A stretch of DNA of 36,983 nucleotides from the NCBI GenBank assembly GCA_945637645.1, contig CALZDK010000001.1:1-36983 (forward strand), read 5' to 3'. Origin of the DNA: an uncultured Prevotella sp. (GTDB taxonomy: Bacteria > Bacteroidota > Bacteroidia > Bacteroidales > Bacteroidaceae). Under the pieces are notes generated by a model, which did not search any database, was not told where the DNA came from, and saw only the letters and a program-made list of their open reading frames with translations. This document shows, in pieces, positions 18,253 to 27,779 of this stretch (positions within the stretch are counted from its first letter, which is position 1; the number at the start of each line of letters is the position of its first letter). The position numbers and the translations under genes are program-made.

Positions 18253-18897
18253 ATGGAAAGAATAATATTCAGGAATGTCATACCTGCGGTGTTTGCCAAT
18301 CGTCGCGACATCGACTCGGAAATATGGGGCAAGGAGATGGAGCTAAGACGTGGCTCACTATACCTCATTGAGGCGGCAAGCGGACAAGGCAAGAGCACCT
18401 TTTGCAGCTACATCGCAGGCTACCGAAACGATTTCGCAGGTTCGTTGCTCTTCGACGACAACGATACCAAGAACCTAAAGATAGCAGATTGGGTGAGCAT
18501 TAGGCGAAAGAGCATCAGTCTGCTCTTTCAGGAGCTTCGCCTGTTCTCTGAGCTCTCGGCTTGGGAGAACGTGGAGATAAAGAACAAACTGACAGGCTTC
18601 AAACAGCAAAAAACCATAAGAGAGTGGTTTGAGCGACTTGGCATTGCAGACAAGATGGACACGAAAGTGGGAAAGATGTCGTTCGGACAACAGCAACGAG
18701 TGGCACTCATGAGGGCGTTGGTACAGCCTTTCGACTTCCTGCTTGCCGACGAGCCAATAAGCCATCTCGACGACGACAACTCTGCCATAATGGGTGAGAT
18801 AATGATTGAGGAGGCGAAAAGTCAAGGTGCAGCAGTGATAGTGACGAGCATCGGAAAACATATAGAACTCAACTACGAAAGGAGGATAAAGCTATGA
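18253..18897 (+). CDS. ABC transporter ATP-binding protein
   Basis: Walker A AASGQGKST, signature MSFGQQQRV, Walker B FLLADEP. Confidence 0.93.
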   Translation: MERIIFRNVIPAVFANRRDIDSEIWGKEMELRRGSLYLIEAASGQGKSTFCSYIAGYRNDFAGSLLFDDNDTKNLKIADWVSIRRKSISLLFQELRLFSELSAWENVEIKNKLTGFKQQKTIREWFERLGIADKMDTKVGKMSFGQQQRVALMRALVQPFDFLLADEPISHLDDDNSAIMGEIMIEEAKSQGAAVIVTSIGKHIELNYERRIKL

Positions 18898-20723
18898 GTA
18901 TTGTTTGGAAACTGCTGCGTCAGCACATCAGTCTGCCGCAGTTCGCAGGCTTCTCGCTTGCCAATCTCTTTGGCATGCTAATCGTACTTTTGGGCTATCA
19001 GTTCTATTCCGACGTACTGCCCGTGTTCACTCAAGGTGATTCCTTCATGGGGTCAGACTATCTCATTGTGAGCAAGAAAATTTCCATCGGCAGCACACTT
19101 GGCGGCAACAGCACACAGTTCACCGAATCCGAGATTGGCGACATTGCCTCACAACCCTTCACCAAAAAAGCGGCAAGGTTCACTTCCACGGAATATAAGG
19201 TGGATGCACATATGGGAATAGATGGCGTTCAGGTATTGTCGTCGGAAATATTTTTCGAGAGTGTTCCCGACGGTTTCCTCGACGTGACTTTGGAGCAGTG
19301 GAAATGGTCTGAAGGCGACACCACCGTGCCTATAGTCCTTCCACGTTCATATATCAACATGTATAATTTCGGCTTTGCTCAGACTCACTCCCTGCCCAAA
19401 ATCAGTGACGGACTCATGGGAATGATAGACTTCCGCATCAGCATTCATGGCAACGGAAAACAGGGAGAGTATAAGGGAAAGGTTATAGGGCTGTCAAATC
19501 GTCTCAACTCCATACTTGTGCCACAGGCTTTCATGGATTGGAGCAACAAGACCTACGCACCTGAGGAAACGAGCCTGCCCTCGCGTCTTATAGTGGAGGT
19601 TGACAACCCTACCGACGAGCGCATAGCACATTACATCAGCGACTGTGGCTACGAGGTGGAGGACAATAAGCTGCAAGCGGAGAAGACAACATACTTCCTG
19701 CGTGTGGTGGTCATGCTCGTGATGAGCGTCGGACTCATCATCAGTCTCCTGAGCTTCTATATTCTTATGCTGAGCATTTATCTGCTTGTGCAGAAAAACA
19801 CCTCAAAACTTGAAAATCTCATGCTCATAGGCTATTCGCCGTCGCAGGTGGCACGACCCTATCAGTTGCTCACCTTGGCACTCAATGTTCTTGTCTTGGC
19901 AATAGTGCTCGCCGCTGTGTCGCTGCTGCGGGGGGAATATATGGACATGCTACAAACTCTTTATCCCAACATTGACGACGGATCGCTGCTGCCTGCCGTG
20001 ACATTAGGTCTTGTACTGCTCGCAGCTGTAACGCTTGCCAACACAGCAGCCGTCAGACGTAAGGTGACTGCAATTTGGAAGCAGGGAAGGGTGGCTGCGG
20101 TGGCACTCTTCGTGGTGTTGACTTTGCCGACAAACCTGAGTGCTGAGAGTAAAACTACCGTGGGCGATGTGTTTGCCACAATGCCCGATTCTCTCATGCC
20201 CTATCTCTCGAAAAACAACAGGCTCGACCTCATAGACTTCGCCAAGGCAGGCATGAAATCGGAGGTGAATAATGCGTTCGATGGCTCCACAGAACTGCTA
20301 AAGCTCACCGATAACTATATGAAGCTGCAACTCAACAGCCAAACTACTGTTGAGATGAGGCTGATAAAGGCAGACAGCCTTTTGGCAGACTCGGCAGATT
20401 ATGTGCTTTATGTGGTGAAGACCTGCCGTACATCCGATGCAGGTCATAGCGAAGTGAGGAAGTTCACTTCCAAATGGATGCCGCTCAGTCTCTCCCTCTC
20501 ATTAAAGGACAGGGTGGGGGAGATGATGATGCGAAAGCAAGACACCACCGAAGAGGAGTGGCAAAAGGCTGTTGCCGCCATAGATAATGCCGACGTAACT
20601 GCAGAGCTTAGTCCAGACTCCGATATTCTCTCGCTGAGTCTGACGTTCTCTCTGTTGACTGCCGACGATAAAAAGATAATTAGCGACAAAATTACGTTAA
20701 CAACTTTAAAAATTAACCTTTAA
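18894..20723 (+). CDS. ABC transporter permease (FtsX/MacB-like) fused to a C-terminal DUF3256-like domain
   Basis: One TM, periplasmic domain, then 3 TMs ending RRKVTAIWK, continuing in frame through a signal-peptide-like stretch into VFATMPDSLMPYLSKNNRLDLIDF. Confidence 0.8.
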   Translation: MSIVWKLLRQHISLPQFAGFSLANLFGMLIVLLGYQFYSDVLPVFTQGDSFMGSDYLIVSKKISIGSTLGGNSTQFTESEIGDIASQPFTKKAARFTSTEYKVDAHMGIDGVQVLSSEIFFESVPDGFLDVTLEQWKWSEGDTTVPIVLPRSYINMYNFGFAQTHSLPKISDGLMGMIDFRISIHGNGKQGEYKGKVIGLSNRLNSILVPQAFMDWSNKTYAPEETSLPSRLIVEVDNPTDERIAHYISDCGYEVEDNKLQAEKTTYFLRVVVMLVMSVGLIISLLSFYILMLSIYLLVQKNTSKLENLMLIGYSPSQVARPYQLLTLALNVLVLAIVLAAVSLLRGEYMDMLQTLYPNIDDGSLLPAVTLGLVLLAAVTLANTAAVRRKVTAIWKQGRVAAVALFVVLTLPTNLSAESKTTVGDVFATMPDSLMPYLSKNNRLDLIDFAKAGMKSEVNNAFDGSTELLKLTDNYMKLQLNSQTTVEMRLIKADSLLADSADYVLYVVKTCRTSDAGHSEVRKFTSKWMPLSLSLSLKDRVGEMMMRKQDTTEEEWQKAVAAIDNADVTAELSPDSDILSLSLTFSLLTADDKKIISDKITLTTLKINL

Positions 20724-20755
20724 TTATAAAAATAATTTAATATTTAATATAAAAA

Positions 20756-20787
20756 TTTGCAACATTAGATAATAATTCGTATCTTTG
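20756..20787 (+). promoter_or_regulatory. Consensus sigma-A promoter with no downstream CDS
   Basis: TTTG (20756-20759), 20-nt spacer, TATCTTTG (20780-20787). Confidence 0.8.
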
Positions 20788-20791
20788 CCAT

Positions 20792-20912
20792 GTGTTTTTC
20801 ATGGTATTAGATTATTAAGGTTAACTAAAAAGTTACAGGTCGTGAGATTAGTCAACTTTTGAAACCCACACTTCATGTAGAGATTTCTGCACGACGTGTG
20901 GGTTAATTTTTT
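20792..20912 (+). ncRNA. Probable standalone small RNA (5' GTGTTTTTCATGGTATTAGATTATTAAGGTTAA)
   Basis: Own promoter, unstructured U-rich 5' part, hairpin AAAAGTT...AACTTTT, second hairpin AACCCACAC...GTGTGGGTT, then U-tract. The 5' part resembles a conserved Bacteroidota sRNA (MasB/BTnc201-like, from memory). Confidence 0.7.
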
Positions 20913-20931
20913 GCTTTTTTTTGCTTTTCCT

Positions 20932-21579
20932 TTATTGTCTCAGATAGGGATTGTCTTGCTTTTCAGCTTTCATCGTTGTGCGTGGTCCGTGTCCCGGTAG
21001 TATTGTTGTCTCGTCTGGAAGTATGGTGGGCAGCTGTCGCAGGCTATCCATAATGTCCTTGTAGCTTCCCAACTCAAAGTCGGTGCGTCCGATGCTCATT
21101 CTGAACAGGGTGTCGCCGGAGAAAGCCACGCCTTCCTCCTTGCAGTAGAAGAACACCGACCCTGGAGTGTGTCCTGGAGTGCTGATGATATTCAGTTCGT
21201 GGTTGCCAAACCTTATTGTGTCTGCCTCGCTGAGGTATCTGCCCACAGGTGGCATCTCGTAGTTGAGCCTGTAGTTGCAGAACATCAAGGCTTGCTCTCC
21301 GAGTTTGCTCATCAGAGGCTCGTCGGCGGCATGCACCTCAGGCTTCAGTCCAAAACGTTCGTATATGGTGTTGTTACCAAAGTTGTGGTCAATGTGTCCG
21401 TGGGTGGAAATGAGATGTTTCAACTCTATTCCGTTGTCCATCACATACTCCACTACAGCCTTGCGCTCTTCCTCGTAGAATGCGCCGCAGTCGATGATGA
21501 TGCCCTCGCCGCTATCGTCGCTCACTATGTAGCAGTTCTCTTGGAAAGGGTTCACCTCAAATCTCTCAATCTTCATCAT
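20932..21579 (-). CDS. MBL-fold metallo-hydrolase (glyoxalase II-like)
   Basis: THGHIDH, TPGHTPG, FSGDTLF and PGHG motifs; ATG at 21579 or 21576. Confidence 0.93.
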   Translation of the reverse strand: MMKIERFEVNPFQENCYIVSDDSGEGIIIDCGAFYEEERKAVVEYVMDNGIELKHLISTHGHIDHNFGNNTIYERFGLKPEVHAADEPLMSKLGEQALMFCNYRLNYEMPPVGRYLSEADTIRFGNHELNIISTPGHTPGSVFFYCKEEGVAFSGDTLFRMSIGRTDFELGSYKDIMDSLRQLPTILPDETTILPGHGPRTTMKAEKQDNPYLRQ

Positions 21580-21616
21580 AGTGCTTATTAGTAAAAAAGT
21601 AAAAAGTATGAAAAAG

Positions 21617-22237
21617 TTATGCTGGGAGATAGATGACATACTTCTCCTTGAACCATTCCTCGCCGTACCAATTTGTCAGCTCCGTGGTCTCCACGATGTT
21701 GCGGTAGGGGTGTGTCTCAGCCTGCAGGTCTCCGCCCTTCAGGCAGATCACTCCGTTGGGCAGCGCGTTGAAGCCCCGCTTGTTGATGTTCTTCCCTACT
21801 ATCTTCATCAGGTCGGGAAGTTGCATCACTGCACGGCTCACCACAAAGTCAAATTTTCCGCGCTCCTCCTCGCCTCGCAGCTGTTGCGGGTCGCAGTTTT
21901 TTAGTCCTATTGCTTTAGCCACCTCACAAGCCACTCTGATTTTCTTTCCCGTTCCGTCTATCAGTTTGAAACTGCACTCAGGGAACATGATGGCGAGTGG
22001 AATGCCTGGAAAACCGCCTCCTGTGCCAAAGTCGAGAATCCTCGTCTGAGGCTTGAAGTGAATCAGTTTCGCAATGGCGAGCGAGTGCAGCACATGGTGC
22101 TCGTAGAGGTTGTCGATGTCCTTTCGGCTTATGACGTTTATCTTCGAGTTCCAATCGTGGTAGAGCTCGTCGAGCATCGAAAACTGTCGGTGCTGTTCCT
22201 CGCTGAGGTCGGTGAAGTATTTCAGTATCTCTTCCAT
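21617..22237 (-). CDS. rsmG: 16S rRNA m7G527 methyltransferase
   Basis: WNSKINVISR, HVLHSL, DFGTGGGFPGIPL and VVSRAV motifs. Confidence 0.96.
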   Translation of the reverse strand: MEEILKYFTDLSEEQHRQFSMLDELYHDWNSKINVISRKDIDNLYEHHVLHSLAIAKLIHFKPQTRILDFGTGGGFPGIPLAIMFPECSFKLIDGTGKKIRVACEVAKAIGLKNCDPQQLRGEEERGKFDFVVSRAVMQLPDLMKIVGKNINKRGFNALPNGVICLKGGDLQAETHPYRNIVETTELTNWYGEEWFKEKYVIYLPA

Positions 22238-22245
22238 TGTGATTC

Positions 22246-22593
22246 CTATCTTGCTATGCGGTTGTTTTCAGGAAACACAATCGCAGGTTTAAACTGTTTA
22301 GCCTCCTCAAAGTCCATGAGTGCATAAGAGATAATGATGCATGTGTCGCCCACTTGCACCTTGCGTGCCGCCGCCCCATTAAGGCAGATGCATCCGCTTC
22401 CTCTCTCGCCCTTTATGATGTAGGTCTCAAAGCGCTCGCCGTTGTTGTTATCTACTATCTGCACCTTCTCTCCTGCAATCATGTTTGCAGCGTCCATGAG
22501 GTCTTCGTCTATCGTTATGCTGCCCATGTAGTTCAGGTTTGCCTCTGTCACCGTGACGCAGTGCAGCTTCGATTTCAGCACTTCTATCTGCAT
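22246..22593 (-). CDS. panD: Aspartate 1-decarboxylase
   Basis: KSKLH, YMG|SITID self-cleavage site, [15 protein letters not shown]. Confidence 0.97.
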   Translation of the reverse strand: MQIEVLKSKLHCVTVTEANLNYMGSITIDEDLMDAANMIAGEKVQIVDNNNGERFETYIIKGERGSGCICLNGAAARKVQVGDTCIIISYALMDFEEAKQFKPAIVFPENNRIAR

Positions 22594-22604
22594 AATACGT
22601 TTTC

Positions 22605-23453
22605 TTACTTATATTTTATGTGGTCGATGAGTCTGATAGGTTTCTTTCCGCAATACACTGTAATGCATCCCACGGCATAGTCCGTGGCGTTCCAATCGTC
22701 TATGTCGAGGAGCGTGTGTCCGTCAACAATGGAGTAGTACTCCACTTCCAATCCCTCCACGGCGTTTATTTCCTCCACCACCTTGTAGTGGGTTTCCTTC
22801 ACCGTGTGTTTCTGCGCATATTCCACGCTTGCCTTTAGCGCCTTGTATATGTTTGGTGCAATGGCACGCTCCTCGGGAGCCAACAGAGTGTTGCGACTCG
22901 AACGTGCAAGTCCGTCATCCTCTCTCACTATGTCGCACTCCACAATCTTTACTCCGAGTCTCAGGTAGTTCACCATAGCCTTCACCACGGCTATTTGCTG
23001 AAAGTCCTTCTCGCCAAAATACGCACGGTCGGGCTTCACTATATAGAACAATCGGCTCACCACTTGGCACACTCCGTTGAAGTGTCCGGGGCGGTGTGCG
23101 CCTTCCATCACTGTCGATACAGGTGGAAACTCAAACTGTCTCTTGTCTTCCGTAGGGTACATCTCCTTAACCGATGGGGCGAGTACATATTGCGCACCAC
23201 ACTCCTCGAGCAGCTTGCAGTCTGCCTCAAGTGTGCGTGGATAGTTTTTCAGGTCGTTCTTGTCGTTGAACTGTGTCGGATTAAGAAACACCGACACCAC
23301 AGTAACGTCGTTCTCCTCCACGCTCCTCCTCACAAGCGATGCGTGACCCTCGTGCAGCGCACCCATAGTCGGGACAAGTCCGACAGATCGTCCGCACTTC
23401 CTGTCAGCAAACAGCGCATTCTGCAAATCTGCGATTTTTTCAAATACAATCAT
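22605..23453 (-). CDS. panC: Pantoate--beta-alanine ligase
   Basis: [36 protein letters not shown] and RLID motifs. Confidence 0.97.
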   Translation of the reverse strand: MIVFEKIADLQNALFADRKCGRSVGLVPTMGALHEGHASLVRRSVEENDVTVVSVFLNPTQFNDKNDLKNYPRTLEADCKLLEECGAQYVLAPSVKEMYPTEDKRQFEFPPVSTVMEGAHRPGHFNGVCQVVSRLFYIVKPDRAYFGEKDFQQIAVVKAMVNYLRLGVKIVECDIVREDDGLARSSRNTLLAPEERAIAPNIYKALKASVEYAQKHTVKETHYKVVEEINAVEGLEVEYYSIVDGHTLLDIDDWNATDYAVGCITVYCGKKPIRLIDHIKYK

Positions 23454-23483
23454 TTCTTTCCTGTGATATTATAAAAAACGCTG

Positions 23484-23605
23484 CAAAATTACAACTTTTC
23501 GCCGACGTAACAATAATATAAGGTGAAAAAATCCAAAAAAGTTTCTTATTTTCCCTAATTCCATCGGCTGCAAGGGCAAAATCTCAGAAAAAATTCGTAA
23601 CTTTG
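23484..23605. promoter_or_regulatory. Divergent -7 promoter elements for panC (23484-23491, minus) and the GT5-like gene (23598-23605, plus)
   Basis: TAATTTTG followed by CA on minus; TAACTTTG followed by CA on plus. Confidence 0.65.
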
Positions 23606-23624
23606 CAACATTAAACAACAAGAA

Positions 23625-24428
23625 ATGGCTAAAAAAATTCTATTTATAAACCAAGCTATAGGAGGCTTCACGCAAGGCGGGATTGCCGACATGGGCAAAA
23701 TCGTGCCTACGAAAGTAGTGCAGGAAGGCTTTGAGGTAAGGGTTTTCTCCCCAAAATGGGGCAACATTAACGAGCGGCGTGGACAGCTGCACGAGGTGAT
23801 ACGACTCTCTGGTATGAACATTATTATCAAGGAGACTGACCATCCTCTTGTCATTAAGGTAGCGTCGATGCCTGCCGCAAAATCACAGGCTTATTTCATC
23901 GACAACGACGACTACTTCCTCAAGCGCCTGCAAGACGTTGACGAGGACGGAAAACCATACGACGACAACGGCGAGCGTGCTGTGTTCTACGCACGCGGCG
24001 TGTTGGAGACTGTGAAGAAGCTGAGGTGGATACCCGATGTGATTCACTGTCAGGGATGGATGTCATACATCGTTCCCTTCTTCCTGCGCACAGCCTACGC
24101 CGACGAGCCCTGCTTCGCACAGTCTAAGGTGGTCACATCGATTTTCAACCACAACCTCGAAGGCACTGTGTGCGAAGATTTCCGTGAGTGTCTTGCCTAT
24201 CGTGATGTGACAGCTGAATGTCTCGCCGACTATCCTGAGGCTATAAGCTACAACGACCTCGCCAAGATTGCCATCGACAATTCCGACGGAGTGATAGAGG
24301 CTGCTGCCGACATACTGCCCGACGTGGTGGCTCACGCCGAGGCTTCAGGCAAGCCGCTGCTCAAATTCCCCGGTGATGACTTTGCTGCAGCCTACGCCAA
24401 GTTCTACGACGACATCCTAAATGTCTAA
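23625..24428 (+). CDS. Glycogen/starch synthase-like protein (N-terminal GT5 domain only)
   Basis: PKWGNINERRGQLHEVIRLSGMN and PDVIHCQGW motifs; usual panC-GT5-DUF4270 order. Confidence 0.88.
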   Translation: MAKKILFINQAIGGFTQGGIADMGKIVPTKVVQEGFEVRVFSPKWGNINERRGQLHEVIRLSGMNIIIKETDHPLVIKVASMPAAKSQAYFIDNDDYFLKRLQDVDEDGKPYDDNGERAVFYARGVLETVKKLRWIPDVIHCQGWMSYIVPFFLRTAYADEPCFAQSKVVTSIFNHNLEGTVCEDFRECLAYRDVTAECLADYPEAISYNDLAKIAIDNSDGVIEAAADILPDVVAHAEASGKPLLKFPGDDFAAAYAKFYDDILNV

Positions 24429-24464
24429 GAACAAACATGAAGAGAACAAACACACACTGACAGG

Positions 24465-25880
24465 ATGAAAAATAAATGGATTACAATGGTGGTCGCTGCC
24501 ATCATGACAATGGTTGCGGCTTCTTGCGACGACACCACCGACACGCTCGGCAACAGCGTCTCTAACGATGCTGACAAGTTCGCCATCTTGACCGACACCT
24601 TCAATGTTGAGAGCCGCTCCATCTGCGTGGATAGCGTGCTCTCACGCACACCTTATTCATACCTCGGACATATCAAGGACGAGGAAACCAACACCTATGT
24701 CACTGCAAACTTCTCAACACAGTTTGGAGTGGCTGAACTGCTGACAGAGACACAGCTCTTGCCAAAGCAAGACAGTATCGTCAGCCGCGACACCGAAGGA
24801 AAAGTAGTGGCAGACTCCTGCTTCTTCAATATCTATTTCAACTCCTTCGTCGGCGACACGCTTAACGCCGTGAAGCTCACTGCTTACGAGCTTGAAAAAC
24901 CAATACGCGAAGGACGCGACTACTACTCCAACTTCTCCCCTGTTGACGAAGGCTATGTTCGCACTGGAGGTATAGAGAAGCAAAAAGTGTTCACTTATAA
25001 GGGACTCGTAGGCACCGACTCGCTCCGTGCCGTGAGCATACCGTTGAACGATCCTTATACCGACCTCGACGGCAACACATACAACAATTTCGGCACCTAT
25101 CTCATGCGGAAATACTATGCCGATGCCGACAACTACAAAAACTCCTACAACTTTGTTAATAAGGTGTTCCCAGGTTTCTTCGTTCAGTCAACCGACGGCA
25201 CAGGCACTATGGGCGAGGTTCTTCTTACCGCCCTTCAGTTCCACTATCGCTGCTATTCCAACGACTCCATCATCCGCTCAGGACTGCGCATAGGCGGTAC
25301 GGAAGAAGTGATGCAGACCACAAACATCCTCAACGACAAAAATCGCATACAGCGACTTGCCGACGATCTCTCCTGTACCTACCTCAAGTCGCCTGCAGGC
25401 ATCTATACAGAAGCCACCTTGCCCATCGATGACATAAAGCGTGGACACGAGAACGACACCATCAGCTCGGCGAAAATCACATTCACACGCTACAACCGCA
25501 CTGACGACGAAGCCCTCTACAAGGCTCCTTCCTATGTGCTCATGGTGCCGCGCGACTCTATGTACACCTTCTTCGAGAAGCGTAACCTGCCCGACAATGT
25601 GACATCCTATATCGCCACATACTCGAGCACCTATAACACCTACACCTTCAACAACATCTCGTCGCTCGTCAACAACCTTTGGGCAAACAAGGGAAAGAGT
25701 GAAAATTGGAACAAGGTGGTGCTCATTCCTGTCAGCGTTACCATAAACAGCTCAACAGGATCCTACACCAACTGCTCCAACGACATGTCGCTGAAGAGCT
25801 GCCGCCTCGTGGGAGGCTCAGCCAACACCCATGCGCCGTTGCGCATCAGTGTGATATATAACAAGTTCAAACCCGACTAA
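24465..25880 (+). CDS. DUF4270 family lipoprotein
   Basis: Lipobox AASC followed by DDTTDTLG; TYLKSPAGIYTE motif. Confidence 0.85.
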   Translation: MKNKWITMVVAAIMTMVAASCDDTTDTLGNSVSNDADKFAILTDTFNVESRSICVDSVLSRTPYSYLGHIKDEETNTYVTANFSTQFGVAELLTETQLLPKQDSIVSRDTEGKVVADSCFFNIYFNSFVGDTLNAVKLTAYELEKPIREGRDYYSNFSPVDEGYVRTGGIEKQKVFTYKGLVGTDSLRAVSIPLNDPYTDLDGNTYNNFGTYLMRKYYADADNYKNSYNFVNKVFPGFFVQSTDGTGTMGEVLLTALQFHYRCYSNDSIIRSGLRIGGTEEVMQTTNILNDKNRIQRLADDLSCTYLKSPAGIYTEATLPIDDIKRGHENDTISSAKITFTRYNRTDDEALYKAPSYVLMVPRDSMYTFFEKRNLPDNVTSYIATYSSTYNTYTFNNISSLVNNLWANKGKSENWNKVVLIPVSVTINSSTGSYTNCSNDMSLKSCRLVGGSANTHAPLRISVIYNKFKPD

Positions 25881-25889
25881 ACAAACTCC

Positions 25890-26033
25890 ATGGCAGACAA
25901 CTATCTTGAACGCCATCGTGAACAATACGAGCAGCGAAAGCAGCGCTACCTCTCACGCAAGAGCCATCTAAGTCCTGAGCTGAGAGCAATGCTTGCTGAG
26001 CTAAAAGAGAAAAAAGAAATAGCATCGAGCTAA
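25890..26033 (+). CDS. 47-aa small protein MADNYLERHREQYEQRK...
   Basis: ATG 9 nt after the DUF4270 stop, TAA at 26031-26033 inside the terminator; MADNYLE N-terminus is a recurring Bacteroidales motif. Confidence 0.7.
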   Translation: MADNYLERHREQYEQRKQRYLSRKSHLSPELRAMLAELKEKKEIASS

Positions 26034-26060
26034 CGTTAACTGTTAACTCGATGCTACTTT
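26017..26060. terminator. Bidirectional terminator
   Basis: TAGCATCGAG ... CTCGATGCTA inverted repeat between convergent genes. Confidence 0.8.
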
Positions 26061-26063
26061 CAT

Positions 26064-26588
26064 TTATTCACTTGGTGTTTCCTGTTTTTCCTTTTCCTTC
26101 TGTTTCTTTTGCTTCTTTTGCTTCTTCTCGGGCTTTGGCTTCTCGGCGTTCAGTTCCTCGAGATATGGAGTCATGTCAACGGCGGTGAACTGGAAGTCCT
26201 TGGGGTCAATGAAGTTTACTTCGTAGCCGTCTTTACCCTTTACCTTATCGGTGTAGGTGCGTTTCAGCTTCATGTATTTCTTCTCAGCCTTGCTCTTCTC
26301 TGTGGAGAACATCACTACGCATGTGCGGTGAGGGTCGTTTATGGTGGCTGCGAGATAGTCCTTCAGCTGTGCGCTATATTGGTCGCGTGCACAAAGGAAT
26401 TTGCTCTTCGAGTCCACCCACGCCGAGTCGAGTTCCTGCAGGTTGGTGAGATAGACAATGGCGTTTTTGAACGAGGCGGAGAATCCGAAGATATATAACT
26501 TTGGAGCAACCTTTATCTTCGCTTCCGTTGTGTTGGCGAAGACTATCGACATCAGCAGTAGCATTACTGCGCTTAGTGTTTTCTTCAT
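26064..26588 (-). CDS. Secreted hypothetical protein with Lys-rich tail
   Basis: Sec signal peptide, YIFGFSASF...VY.T..Q motif; downstream of the sigma factor gene. Confidence 0.8.
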   Translation of the reverse strand: MKKTLSAVMLLLMSIVFANTTEAKIKVAPKLYIFGFSASFKNAIVYLTNLQELDSAWVDSKSKFLCARDQYSAQLKDYLAATINDPHRTCVVMFSTEKSKAEKKYMKLKRTYTDKVKGKDGYEVNFIDPKDFQFTAVDMTPYLEELNAEKPKPEKKQKKQKKQKEKEKQETPSE

Positions 26589-26630
26589 TGTGTTTTTTCT
26601 TTTGTTATACTGTTTTTATTTTGTTCTTAC

Positions 26631-27494
26631 TTATCCGAGAAACGATTTGAGCAGTTCGCTGTTGGTTGTGGTGCGTAGTCGTCGGATGGCTTTCTCCTTT
26701 ATCTGCCGAACACGCTCGCGCGAGAGTCCGTATTTAGCACCTATCTCTTCAAGAGTCTGCTCGCTGCAGCCTATGCCGAAGGATGCTTCCACTATTTCCT
26801 TTTCGCGTGGTTTCAGCACGTTGAGTGCTTTGGTTATCTCAGACCTCAGCGATTCGCTTACCAACTCGTTGTCCGCCTCTGGAGCAGAGGTGTCCTCGAG
26901 CACGTCGAGCAGAGTGTTGCTCTCGTCTGCATCGGAGAATGGGGCGTCCACGGAGATGTGTCGAGTGTTTGATTTCATGGCGTCCTCCACTTTCTCTTCT
27001 GGCAAGTCGATGCTTGAAGCTATTTCCTCTATCGAGGGTCTGCGCTCGTTGAGTTGTTCAAACTTCTGTTGCATCTTTGCTATTTTAGAGAGCGATCCGC
27101 TTTGGTTTAGCGGCAGGCGCACTATGCGGCTTTGTTCTGCAAGAGCCTGAAGTATGCTTTGGCGAATCCACCACACAGCGTAGCTGATGAACTTGAAGCC
27201 TCGTGTCTCGTCGAACTTCTCCGCAGCACGTATCAGTCCGAGGTTGCCTTCGTTGATGAGGTCGGGAAGGCTCAATCCTTGGTTCTGATATTGCTTTGCC
27301 ACAGACACAACAAATCTCAGGTTGGCGCGTGTCAGTCTCTCAAGGGCTTTCTTGTCGCCCTTATGGATTTTTTGTGCCAACTCCACTTCCTCGTCCACCG
27401 TGAGCAGTTCCTCTTTGCCTATTTCCTGTAGGTATTTCTCAAGGGCTTGGCTTTCACGGTTTGTGATTGATTTTATAATTTTCAGTTGTCTCAT
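26631..27494 (-). CDS. RpoD/SigA-family sigma-70 factor (Bacteroidota type, no region 1.1); possibly a paralog
   Basis: [40 protein letters not shown] and TLEEIG...LSRERVRQI motifs. Confidence 0.93.
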   Translation of the reverse strand: MRQLKIIKSITNRESQALEKYLQEIGKEELLTVDEEVELAQKIHKGDKKALERLTRANLRFVVSVAKQYQNQGLSLPDLINEGNLGLIRAAEKFDETRGFKFISYAVWWIRQSILQALAEQSRIVRLPLNQSGSLSKIAKMQQKFEQLNERRPSIEEIASSIDLPEEKVEDAMKSNTRHISVDAPFSDADESNTLLDVLEDTSAPEADNELVSESLRSEITKALNVLKPREKEIVEASFGIGCSEQTLEEIGAKYGLSRERVRQIKEKAIRRLRTTTNSELLKSFLG

Positions 27495-27522
27495 TGTGTC
27501 TGCCTGTTTTTAGTTCTAACTG

Positions 27523-27554
27523 CAAAGGTAGCGCATTAATCTGTAATCACCAAA
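27523..27554 (-). promoter_or_regulatory. Sigma-A promoter of the sigma factor gene
   Basis: TTTG (27551-27554), 20-nt spacer, TACCTTTG (27523-27530). Confidence 0.75.
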
Positions 27555-27779
27555 AAAAAATGCAATAAAATGTCATTTCATGCAGTTTAAATATCATTTT
27601 GTGAGATTTATTTATACAATAATGTGGGAAGTGACATCACAATGTCTTAAAAAAGTTTTCAAACAGCACAAAATTATGGAATTATCTTTGAGAAATATTG
27701 TTTTTTTTGCTATTCTGCCCTTATTCTCATTTTTTTTTGTATCTTTGCACGCAAGATAAGACAAAAAATGAGAATTAAG

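Noticed and set aside
18253-18897. Non-canonical ABC motifs (AASGQGKST, MSFGQ)
   Set aside because: As I recall, these are typical of this conserved Bacteroidales subfamily, so they are not evidence of inactivation.
23625-24428. Half-length glycogen synthase as a pseudogene
   Set aside because: A single-domain GT5 protein between panC and DUF4270 is the normal Bacteroidota arrangement; there is no frameshift or remnant second half.
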